From: Malacoraja senta
Taxonomy: Eukaryota
NCBI GenBank assembly: GCA_038087875.1
Contig: JAXLNO010000446.1
Location: 806,001-870,000 of the forward strand
DNA: 64,000 nt
Direction of reading: 5' to 3'
The notes beneath the pieces were generated by a model. It had not been told where the DNA came from, searched no databases, and saw only the letters and a list, made by a program, of their open reading frames with translations. Of this stretch, positions 49,660 through 61,100 are shown piece after piece (the stretch's first letter is position 1; each line of letters begins with the position of its first letter). Both the position numbers and the translations under genes were made by a program.

Positions 49660-49865
49660 GACTTCTGGCAGAAATATACAGCACCTATGCCTCACCTTGT
49701 TGCTGTTAGTTGTTGTATATATTGGGGTGGGAGATTGCAGCCTTCACATGGTCCACCCTGTTTTGACGAATGCAATCAACCTGGCGTGCACAAACAGAAG
49801 ATCAAACAGAACAAGTTGTCTTACAACTTTAGGTTGTGCACACCATATGCAAGAAGAAGAAGAAG
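49660..49865 (+). mobile_element. Unclassified retroposon 3' end with (AAG)n tail (RTE/RTEX-like)
   Basis: GCGTGCACAA...TTGTGCACAC stem followed by (AAG)5; family not confirmed. Confidence 0.4.
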
Positions 49866-49894
49866 TTATATATATTAAGTTAAGCCACACAGAT

Positions 49895-50580
49895 AAGCAT
49901 GCAAGTACAGCAGGCAGTGAAGAAAGCAAATGGCATGTTGGCCTTCATAACAAGAGGAATCGAATATAGGAGCAAAGAGGTCCTTCTGCAGTTGTACAGA
50001 GCCCTAGTGAGACCACACCTGGAGTATTGTGTGCAGTTTTGGTCCCCTAATTTGAGGAAGGACATTCTTGCTATTGAGGGAGTGCAGCGTAGGTTTACAA
50101 GGTTAATTCCTGTGATGGCGGGACTGTCATATGCTGAGAGAATGGAGCAGCTCGGCTTGTACACTCTGGTATTTAGAAGGATGACAGGGTATCTTATTGA
50201 AACATAAGATTGTTAAGGGTTTGGACACGCTAGAGGCAGGAAACATGTTCCCGATGTTGGGGGAGTCCAGAACCAGGGACCACTGTTTAAGAATAAGTGG
50301 TAAGCCATTTAGAACGTAGATGAGGAAACTCTTTTTCACACAGAGTTGTGAGTCTGTGGAATTCTCTGCCTCAGAGGGCGGTGGAGGCCGGTTCTCTGGA
50401 TACTTTCAAGAGAGAGCTAGATAGGGCTCTTAAAAATAGCGGAGTCAGGGGATATGGGGAGAAGGCAGGAAGGGAGGTACTGATTGTGGATGATCAGCCA
50501 TGATCACATTGAATGGCGGTGCTGGCTCGAAGGGCCGAATGACCTACTCCTGCACCTATTGTCTATTGTCCATTGTCTAT
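49895..50580 (+). mobile_element. CR1 lineage B 3' fragment
   Basis: ORF 49899-50207; CTATTGT tail. Confidence 0.92.
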
Positions 50581-50721
50581 AATGTGGTGAGAATACCATA
50601 AAACCTTCCGCAAACACTTAAGTTGTTCGTTAATATTCCTCACTGAACTAAATTGCCACTTTACACAATGTGATAGTCACACAGCATGGAAACAGGCCCA
50701 ACTACAGACGTTAGTTGGTTA

Positions 50722-50856
50722 GAGTCTGAAGAAGGGTCTCCACCCGAAAAGTCACCCTTTCCTTTTCTGTAGAGATGCTGCCTGTCCCGCTGCGTTACTC
50801 CAGCATTTTGTGTTTATCATCGGTGTAAACCAGCATCTGCAGTTCCTTCCTACACA
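50722..50856 (+). mobile_element. Penelope terminus fragment with hammerhead core at 50726
   Basis: CTGAAGAAGGGTCTCCACCCGAAAAGTC...GCATCTGCAGTTCCTTC. Confidence 0.8.
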
Positions 50857-50869
50857 TATGTTAATCTCA

Positions 50870-51207
50870 CCACCAGCATTTTCCCTGCAGCCCTTCTTGA
50901 ATAAAGGCACAACATTTGCCACCCTCCAGTCTTCCGGCACCTCTACTGTATTTAAGAACGAATCGTAAATTTCAACCATTGCCCCGGCAATTTCCTCTCT
51001 GGTCTCCCACAATGTCCTCGGATATATCGGATCATGCCCCGAAGATTTGTCTACCTTCATACACGATAGTACCTTCAGTACTTCTTTGACAGTAGCACTG
51101 ACTAGTCTCAAACCACTTCCAGTGACTGCCCCAAGTTCCTCCGTTTTCCTGTCTTACTCCTCGGTACAGGAGGAAAAATACTCATTGAGGACCTTGCCCA
51201 TCTCTGG
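50870..51207 (-). mobile_element. CR1 internal ORF2 fragment
   Basis: DKSSGHD, PEDWRVANVVPLFKKG. Confidence 0.85.
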
Positions 51208-51231
51208 CATGCTATCCAAGCAGATCAAACA

Positions 51232-51946
51232 ATAATTTGAGGATAAATGGGGATGCTGTGGATAGGGTGAGCTGCTTTAAATACCTGGGAGTCCACATCA
51301 CAGAGGATCTGACATGGACAACACACGCTGCAGCACTGGTGAGTAAGGCAAGGCAGCGCCTTTACCACCTCAGGCAATTGAGGAAATTCAGAGTGTCTCT
51401 GAGGATCCACCATTGCTTCTACTCAGCGGCTGTGGAAAGCATCTTGTCTCGAAACATCACAATTTGGTTTGGGAACTGCTCTGCCCAGGACAAGAAGGCT
51501 CTGCAGAGAGTAGTGTGTTCGGCCGAACGCACTATGGGAACTACACTCACCCCCCTGCAGGAACTATACATCAGAAGGTGCAGATCCAGAGCCAATAAGA
51601 TCATGGGGGACCCCTTCCACCCCAGCAACGGACTGTTCCAGCTGCTACGGTCAGGCAAACGCCTCCGTTGTCATGCTGTGAAAACAGAGAGGATGAGAAG
51701 GAGTTTCTTCCCAGAGGCCATTAGGACTGTAAACTCCTACCTCACCAGAGACTAACTTTACTGAACCAATGTACTGTTGTGGGGTGTCTTTTTAAATTGC
51801 TGTTTCTTCTTTTTTTTCTCCCACAAATATGTAATTCCATTCTGTTTTGTAGTTTCTTTGCACAAACCGCGAGCATTGCCACTTTTCATTTCACTACACA
51901 TCTCGTATGCGTATGTGACGAATAAACTTGACTTGACTTGACTTGA
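51232..51946 (+). mobile_element. Second Rex/Babar family 3' fragment with (ACTTG)n tail
   Basis: ORF 51237-51755: FKYLGVHI, KARQRLYHLRQL, DPFHP, SFFPEAIR. Confidence 0.9.
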
Positions 51947-52124
51947 TACTATAACACATTTAAAAGACATTTAGACAGGTACGTAGATAGGAAAGGTTTT
52001 GGATATGGGCCAAACACGGCAGGTGGGACTAGTATAGATGGGGCATCTTGTTTGGCATGGGCAAGTTGGGCTGAAGCGCCCGTTTCCATTCTGTATGATG
52101 AACTGTGCCTCTGTGCCTCTGTGC

Positions 52125-52500
52125 GTCAATGACTTAATCGAGGACCAGTCGCACCCTGGCCACTCCCTCTTCTTCCCTTTCCCATCAGGCAAGAGGTACA
52201 GAAGTGTGAAAACACACACCTCCAGATTCAGGAACAGTTTCTTCCCAGCTGTTATCAGGCAACTGAACCATCCTACCACAACCAGAGAACGGTCCTGACC
52301 TCCCATCTATTGCATTGGAGACCCTCGGACCATCTTTAATCTGGCATTACTAGACTTTATCTTGCACAAAATGTTATTCCCTTTATACAGTATCTGTGGA
52401 CGGCTCGATTGTAATCATGTATTGTCTTTCCGCTGGCAGGTTAGCCCGCAACAAAAAGCTTTTGACTTTACCTCGGTACACGTGACAATAAACTAAACTC
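52125..52500 (+). mobile_element. Rex-derived short 3' element
   Basis: DQSHPGHSLF...PSGKRYRS...SFFPAVIR; homologous to 28650-28997. Confidence 0.8.
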
Positions 52501-53002
52501 ATTCCACGTGGCTATCTTCACCTATGTGAGTATGAGCTGGATACGACCAACGCAGTCTGGTCTCTCTATAATGCAGGGCTGTTGGCTCTTCCTGCTGCTG
52601 TCACCAGCTGCCTGATTGATTACCTTAACTACGGTCACCTAATTTAAACTTATTACCACAGTCTAGAATATACGACTTGGTTACCCTACCAAATCTGAGC
52701 ATATTAACTCAAGAATGATCTTTAAGTTAAAGTTAAATGATACAAGGTAGTCACTTTAAAACATCAAAATGTTGCAATAAAACTCATAAAACTAAAACAT
52801 TCGTTATTATTTCCTGTAGTGCTCATTAAAGCAATGGGAAATAAGAACTAATGTTGTACTTCATCAAATCTCACTGAATGTTCGTAAGATCATAAGAACA
52901 TAAAGAGGCCATTCGGCCCATCAAGTCTACTCTGGCATTCAAGCATGGCTGATCTATCTTTTCCTGCCTTCTTCCCATAACCCCTGACACCCCTACTATT
53001 CA

Positions 53003-53950
53003 GGGAGGAGCCGCCATCTTGGAGGAACGGCTGCTAAACAGCAGCCGTCCGTCAAATTCACTTTTTCTTTCGTTTTAGCGTTTTTTATTTCTTTGTTTGT
53101 TTGGGGGATTTTGACTTTTAATGTGGGGGGGTAAGGGGGAAACTATTTCTGGGTCCCTACCTGGTCGGTGAGGCAGCTTTTTCTCCAGGCTGCCTCGTCG
53201 ACCCGTCCTCGTGGCCTACCAGCGGGCATGGAGCGCCGTTTCCTGACGGGGACCGCCCAGCACCTTCAGCTTCGGTGGCGGGACAGCGCTGGAGCGCTAT
53301 CGTGGAGCGGAGCGGGCGATGCCTTGCCTGGGTCGCCGCGCTGGATCGACGCGCTGGAGCCACCGCCGAGATCAACACCTCCGGGCTGCGGGACTGCGGA
53401 GCGACCAGCCGCGGGCGGCGGCGCCGACTCCAACATCGGGAGCCTCGTGGCTCCAAATCGGCGCGGCCCTGTCGGCTTCAGGTGCCATCGACTCCGCTGG
53501 GAAACCGTCCGTTCCAGCCGCTGCGAGGACTCTCCCGACGGCCAGGAACATCGGGCCTCCGTAGAGGCAACTGTGGAGGCCTCGATGGGCCTGACTCTGG
53601 GGAGAACTGGGTTGGGGACTGGAAATTGTGCCTTCCCCCACAGTGGTGGTCATTGTGGGGGGATGATTTTTGTGTGCTGTGCCTGTTAGTCTGTGTGCAA
53701 GATGGCGGTCGGAGGGGAGAGTGGACGCTGGCGCGAATTGGTCGCCGCTGCTCTCTCCTCAAATTGTGTTTCTTATTTTCTTTTTGTGCTTTTGAAATTG
53801 AATTCTGTCCTTGATTTGTGTACTGTGGTGTTTTTATATTTAATTTATTCCGATTATGTGTTTTGTATTTCTGTGATTCTATGCCTTGTAAGGTGTCCTT
53901 GGGTTTTAGAAAGGCGCCAGTAAATAAAATGAATTATTATTATTATTATT
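53003..53950 (+). mobile_element. CpG-rich non-coding retroposon with L2-like 3' end and (TTA)n tail, inserted in a minus-strand CR1 tail (52885-54045)
   Basis: TATTCA at both junctions; host continuous; 3' TGTAAGGTGTCCTTGGG...GAAAGGCGCC...AATAAA. Confidence 0.75.
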
Positions 53951-54319
53951 CAAGAATCAGTCAATCTCTGGCTTAAAAATATCCACTGACTTGGCCTCCA
54001 CAGCTGTCTGAGGCAATGAATCCCACAGATTCACCACCCTCTGGTTCACATAAAAGCAATGGGAAATGAGAACTACTGTTGTTATTCATCAAATCTCACT
54101 GAATCGTGAATTGGTGTTCAACTAACGCAACTAATCCCAAGTCTGGACAGAACCTTTCTCCACATGAAATAAATTGGATCTTCCAATTGAAGATTAATTT
54201 ATGCTGTTAAATTGAGACTGAATTGAGACTCTTCATGAGGAGGGAAAGGGTTACCATTGAAGTTTGTTCAGAGAATTGCATGTTTAGGATTGGGGAACCT
54301 ATTCTGTTTCCAATAATGA

Positions 54320-54591
54320 CTTTTAGACTTTAGACTTCAGAGATAAAAGGCGGAAACAGGCCCTTCAGCCCATCGAGTCCGTGCCGACCAATGATCACCC
54401 CTTACACTAACACTACCCTACACACTAGGGACAATTTATAAGCCAATTAACCTACAAATATGTACGTCTTTGGAGTGTGGGAGGAAACCGGAACACCCGG
54501 AAAAAGTACAAACTCCGTACAGACAGCACCCGTAGTCAGGATCTCTGGCGCTGTGAGGCAGCAACTCTACCGCTGCGCCACCGTGCTGCCC
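54320..54591 (-). mobile_element. HE1-like SINE with internal deletions
   Basis: Head at 54591; tail (TCTAAAG)n at 54320. Confidence 0.85.
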
Positions 54592-55093
54592 TAGATGGAA
54601 TCTTGATGGAATGGACAGCCGTGAACCTCCAGGTTCAAGAACAGCTTCTGCCCAGCAACCACCCGGCTCTAGAACACTGCACAACACTAACCTCAGCAAC
54701 TGGGATCTGCGGACCATGTCTTTGGCTGCTCTACGGACTTTGGCTTTGGAACTTTTATGGTCACCTTGTGTTATAGAACACAGAACAGTACAGCACAGGA
54801 ACAGGCCCTTCGGCCCACAATCTCTGTGCTGAAGTTGCCAAGTTAAATTGATCTCCTCTGCCTGCATGTGATCCATATCCCTCCATTCCCTGCATATCCA
54901 TGTGCCTATCCAAATGTCCAACCTATCTGTCAGCACAACCACCCTGGCAGCTTGTTCCAGGCACCCACCACCCTTTGTGTAAAAGCCTTACATTGCAAAT
55001 CCCCTTAAAACGTTGCCCCTCTCACCTTAAAGCTATGCCCTCTATTATTTGACATTTCCACCCTGGAGGAAAAGGATCTGAGTCTACACTATC

Positions 55094-57367
55094 TGTTTTT
55101 GTTGTTGTTTGTCCTTCATAGTCGGAGAAGACCATGACTTCAGTGTTTTTGTTTGTGGGTCTGGAGGTGATTGGTGAGACTGATCTGGGCCCAGAAGGCT
55201 CGCCCACATATGGGACAGAGTTGGGTGGGCGCTGCAGTAGAAATTGTCGTGGCTCGGGCCTTGCGCGCGGCGCGTTTTCTCTGAGCTTCTGCGGTGCGCT
55301 TCTTCTTAGCTGCACGCGCTCCTGTGGTGTTCTTGCTTCGCCCAGTTGGGCAGTACGGGTCCGGAAGTCATGACTTGCGCTCGACTTGGATTAAAGTGAG
55401 GGAGAGTTGCGCAAATCGTCAGCCTCACTCTCTCATCCCAGCCAGTGGCAAGACATAGTCAAGAGGATTGGAGGGTAGCAAACGTAACCCCACTTTTTAA
55501 GAAGGGAGGGAGAGAGAAAACGGGGAATTACAGACCAGTTAGTCTAACATCGGTAGTGGGGAAACTGCTAGAGTCAGTTATTAAAGATGGGATAGCAGCA
55601 CATTTGGAAAGTGGTGAAATCATTGGACAAAGTCAGCATGGATTTACGAAAGGTAAATCATGTCTGACGAATCTTATAGAATTTTTCGAGGATGTAACTA
55701 GTAGAGTGGATAGGGGAGAACCAGTGGATGTGGTGTATCTGGACTTCCAGAAGGCTTTCGACAAGGTCCCACATAAGAGATTAGTATACAAACTTAAAGC
55801 ACATGGCATTGGGGGTTCAGTATTGATGTGGATAGAGAACTGGCTGGCAGACAGGAAGCAAAGAGTAGGAGTAAACGGGTCCTTTTCACAATGGCAGGCA
55901 GTGACTAGTGGGGTACCGCAAGGCTCAGTGCTGGGACCCCAGCTATTTACAATATATATTAATGACCTGGACGAGGGAATTGAAAGCAACATCTCCAAGT
56001 TTGCGGATGACACTAAGCTGGGGGGCAGTGTTAGCTGTGAGGAGGATGCTAGGAGACTGCAAGGTGACTTGGATAGGCTGGGTGAGTGGGCAAATGTTTG
56101 GCAGATGCAGTATAATGTGGATAAATGTGAGGTTATCCACTTTGGTGGCAAAAACGGGAAGGCAGACTATTATCTAAATGGTGGCCGATTAGGAAATGGG
56201 GAGGTGCAGCGAGACCTGGGTGTCATGGTACACCAGTCATTGAAAGTAGGCATGCAGGTGCAGCAGGCAGTGAAGAAAGCGAATGGTATGTTGGCCTTCA
56301 TAGCAAGAGGATTTGAGTATAGGAGCAGGGAGGTTCTACTGCAGTTGTACAGGGTCTTGGTGAGACCACACCTGGAGTATTGCGTACAGTTTTGGTCTCC
56401 AAATCTGAGGAAGGACATTATAGCCATAGAGGGAGTGCAGAGAAGGTTCACCAGACTGATTCCTGGGATGTCAGGACTTTCATATGAAGAAAGACTGGAT
56501 AGACTTGGCTTATACTCGCTAGAATTTAGGAGATTGAGAGGGGATCTTATAGAAACGTACAAAATTCTTATGGGGTTGGACAGGCTAGATGCAGGAAGAT
56601 TGTTCCTGATGTTGGGGAAGTCCAGGACAAGGGGTCACAGCTTAAGGATAAGGGGGAAATCCTTTAAGACCGAGATGAGGAAAAACTTTTTCACACAGAG
56701 AGTGGTGAATCTCTGGAACTCTCTGCCACAGAGGGTAGTTGAGGCCAGTTCATTGGCTATATTTAAGAGGGAGTTAGATGTGGCCCTTGTGGCTAAAGGG
56801 ATCAGGGGGTATGGAGAGAAGGCAGGTACGGGATACTGAGTTGGATGATCAGCCATGATCATATTGAATGGCGGTGCAGGCTCGAAGGGCCGAATGGCCT
56901 ACTCCTGCACCTATTTTCTATGTATCTATTTATCTATGTATCTATGGCTGGCGATAGGTCAGGATACAGTGGATGGCCACCAGTATTCTGCGTGAACATT
57001 GTGACCTAATTGTGCTCCACCACGCTTTGCTTGGTCTACCTTCCTACCCGTTGGACCGCCAAATGGTGGTCTCCTCCGCGTATTCCGCTGGATCCAGTCT
57101 TCACCTTTCCTGAATAAGGTAATAGCCACAAGGCAGTGGAGGTTTGCATTAGGCGTTTTCCTTCACCCCTCCAGGGTGCTATATGCAGTACGCCTGTGCG
57201 TGACTTTGTTTAATGTGGGGAGACTGGTGCACAGACAGCCACCCCACGGTCCTTGACAGATCTGGGTCAGGATCCAGTGGCATGGAGTCCAAGACGACCG
57301 GAGACCCTTTTCTGCTGCAGCCTTCATCCGCCTTCCCAGCCGTTGTGACGCTTCACTAAGGTCAGCC
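55094..57367 (-). mobile_element. Bipartite non-autonomous RTE element (5' region fused to last ~65 codons and (CAA)n tail), split by CR1
   Basis: Minus strand reads AEAQRKRAARKAR...CPICGRAFWAQISLTNHLQTH* (RTE C-terminal C2H2); pieces 55094-55464 and 56945-57367. Confidence 0.75.
55463..56945 (+). mobile_element. Young 5'-truncated CR1 lineage A; RT open to its native stop (56839)
   Basis: ORF 55445-56839 uninterrupted; CTATGTAT tail. Confidence 0.95.
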
Positions 57368-57565
57368 TGCATTTGGTCCATATCCCTCTAAACCTGTCCT
57401 ATCCATGTATCAGTCCAAATGTTTCTTAAACATTGCGATAGTCCCTGCCTCAACTACCTCCACTGGCAGCTCGTTCCATACACCCACCACACTTTGTGTG
57501 AAAAAGTCACCCCTTCCAGCTTTCTGCCCTCCCCCCCCCCCCCCCCCCCGCCCCCACAACATTGT

Positions 57566-57914
57566 CTGATAAGGGTCCCGACCTGAAACGTCACCTATCC
57601 ATGTTCTCCACAGATGCTGCCTGACCTGCTGAGTTACTCCAGCACTCTGTGAAACATCACCTATCCATGTTCTCCACAGATGCTGCCTGACCCGCTGAGT
57701 TACTCCAGCACTCTGTGAAACGTCACCTATCCATGTTCTCCACAGATGCTGCCTAACCCGCTGAGTTATTCCAGCACTCTGTGAAACGTCACCTATCCAT
57801 GTTCTCCACAGATGCTGCCTGACCCGCTGAGTTACTCCAGCACTCTGTGAAACGTCACCTATCCATGTTCTCCACAGACGCTGCCTGACCCGCTGAGTTA
57901 CTCCAGCACTCTGT
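57566..57914 (+). repeat. Degenerate hammerhead core followed by five 66-bp units
   Basis: GAAAC at 57585, 57651, 57717, 57783, 57849. Confidence 0.92.
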
Positions 57915-58119
57915 GTTCTATCGCTCTTTCAAACTATGCCCCTCTCACCTTAGAACTATCACCTATTCGACATTTCCACCCTTGGAAAAAGGTTCTAACT
58001 GTCTATCCTATCTGTTACTCTGCTTCCCTCTGCATTCCAGACTTGGAACCATTTCTCCTCTTCTCCCTCCTCGATTTTTGTGCTGTATCGGAAAATGGTG
58101 AGTCCTTGTGCAGGCGGGA

Positions 58120-61100
58120 GATTCATGATCCCACATTTGACGCTTAATGTTCTATTCCTTTCCATGTTACATGTTCCACGTTCCATGTTCTACATTCCAT
58201 GGTCCATGTTCTGTTCCATTCCATGTTCCACATTCTATGTTCCATGTTCTATGTTCCATGTTTCACACAATAAACCATCGTCTTTGGAGCGTTGTAGTCC
58301 AATGTTTGGAATGTTTTATGCTCCACGTTCCATGTTCCACGTTCTACGCTCCACGATCCATGTTCCACGTTCTATTCTGTTCCATGTTCCACGTTCCATG
58401 ATCCATGTTCCACATTCTACGCTCCAAGTTCCATGTTCAATTCCATTCCATGATCCGTGTTCCATGTTCTACGTTCCATGTTCTACGTTCCATGTTCTGT
58501 TCCATTCCATGTTCCATGTTCTATGTTCTGTATTCCATGTTCTGTTCCATGTTCTATGTTCCACTTTTCATGTTGCAGGTTGCACGTTCTAAGTTCCATG
58601 TTCCACATTCCATGTTCCACATTCTACATTCTGTTCCATGTTCTATATTCAACATTCCATGATCCACATTCCATGTTCAATGTTCCATGTTCTATGTTCC
58701 ATGTTCCACATTTGACACTTAATGTTCTATTCCTTTCCATGTTACGTTCCACATTCCATGTTCTACATTCCATGTTCCATGTTCTGTTCCATTCCATGTT
58801 CCACATTCTATGTTCCATGTTCTATGTTCCACATTCCATGCCCCATTCCATTCCATGTTCTATGTTCCATGACCCATATTCTAAGTTCCACGTTCTACAT
58901 TCCATATTCCACATTCTAATTCCATGTTCCCTTTTCCATGTTCTGTTCCATTCCATGTTCCACGTTCTACATTCCATGTTCCACGTTCCATGTTGCTTGT
59001 TCCATGTTCTGTTCTATTACATGTTCCATGTTCTATGGTCCATGTTCTGTTCCGTTCCATGTTCGACATTCCATGTTCCACATTATATGTTCCATGTTCT
59101 GTTCCATTCCATGTTCCACGTTTTATGTCCCATGTTCCCTGTTCCTTGTTCTGTTCCATTCCATGTTCCATGTCCTGTTCCATTCCATGTTCCACGTTCC
59201 ATGTTCCACGTTCTACGCTCATGTTCCTTGTTCTATTCCGTTCCATGCTCCACATTCCATGTTCTGTTCCATTCCATGTTCCACATTCTAAGTTCCATGT
59301 TCCACATTCTATGTTCCATGTTCCACCTTCTATGTTCCATGTTCTGTTCCGTTCCATGTTCTACATTCAATGTTCCACGTTTTACGTTCCATGTTCCACG
59401 TTTTACTTTCCATGTTCCACGTTCTATGTTCCACATTCTACATTCCACGTTCCATGTTCTATGTTCCACATTCTATGTTCCACGTTCTACGTTCCATTCC
59501 GTTCCATATTCCACATTTTATGTTCCATGTTCAATGTTGCATGATCCACGTTTCACATTCCGTTCCATGTTCTATGTTCTGTTCTATTCCATGTTCCACA
59601 TTCTATGCTCCATGTTCCATGTTCTATTCTGTTCCATGTTCCATGTTCTACGTTCCATGTTCCATGTTCTATGTTCCATGTTCTGTTCCATGTTCTAAGT
59701 TCCATGTTCCATGTTCTATTCCATTCCATGTTCCATATTCTATGTTCCACGTTTTACGTTCCGCATTCTACATTCCATATTCCACGTACTATGTTCCATG
59801 ATCCACATCCTACATTCCATGTTCCATGTTCTACGTTCCATGTTCTGTTTCATAACATTATACATTCCATGTTCTACATTCCATGTTCCATGTTCTACAT
59901 TCCATGTTCTGTTTCATAACATTCTACGTTCCATGTTCTACGTTCCATGTTCCACGTTCCATGTTCTGATCCGTTCCATTTTCCACATTCTACATTCTAT
60001 GTTCTATTCTGTTCCATGTTCCATGATCCATGTTCTACGCTCCATGTTCCATGTTCTAATCCATTCCAGAATCCATCTTCCACTTTCCACCTTCCACATT
60101 CTACGTTCCATGTTCCATGTTCTACGTTCCATGTTCTGTTCCGTTACATTCTACATTCCATATTCCATGTTCCACGACCCTTGTTCCACATTCTTCGTTC
60201 CATGTTCTGTTCATTTCCATGTTCCATGTTCTACGTTTGATTTGATTTGATTTAGTTTATTGTCATTGTCTTCAATGAAGAGACAACGAAATTCTTGTTC
60301 CATTATAGTCATACAAATCCCCCCCCCCAAAAAAAACACAAACCACAGAACCCAGTAGTCCACAACACAAACATCCCCACAGCAGCACCAAAGTTCCCCA
60401 CTGTGAGGGAAGGAACCAAAGTCCAGTCAACCTCCTCGCCGATGTTCCCCAATGTTCACCCGTGGTCGGGGCCTCACAAGCACCCCGTAGTCGCCACTAC
60501 GAGCGGCCCAATGTTCAGGCCCCCTCGCCGGGAACCTCTCGTCGGCCACTTCCACCGGAGTCCGCGGCTCCCGACGTCCACAGGCCTTGCTGGGGGGAGA
60601 TTCACGCTGGCGACCCCCATCAAGGGTCCCAGGACTCCGTGATGTTAAAGTCAGCGTTGCCCGCGTTGGGAGCTCTGCGCCCACAGCTCCGCGATGTTGG
60701 AGCAGTGGCCCAGCACTCCGGAGCTCCAAGCGGCGATCCCAGGAAGGCCTCGCCCGCTCCACGATGTTTCCAGCGCCTTGCCGCTGCTGCTGAAGCTCTG
60801 GTCCAGCCGCGCCAATCCAGCTGGGAGGCCACGAGGGGGGGAGGGGGCGCGAGGATGCGATAATAGTCGCATCCTCACCAGGAAGCAACTGAAGGACGGA
60901 TTCCCCCTTACCCTACCTGCTTCCCCCCACATAAAATACCGAAAAAAATGAAAAAACTAAAAAAACACACTCTAAACATAACAAAATAAAAAAGGCAGCC
61001 AGACCGTGGGCGGAGGCAGCTAGCAACAGCCGTTCTATGTTCCATTCCGTTCCATGTTACATGATCCTTGTTCCATGTTCTATGCTCCATGTTCCATTTT

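Noticed and set aside
53200..53230. HDV-like L3 motif TCCTCGTGG
   Set aside because: A complete P1/P1.1/P2/P4 fold consistent across both copies could not be built
53157..53814. Overlapping 90-180 aa ORFs as a host gene
   Set aside because: Expected in GC-rich sequence, no recognisable domain, and not conserved with the 60.2-61.0 kb relative
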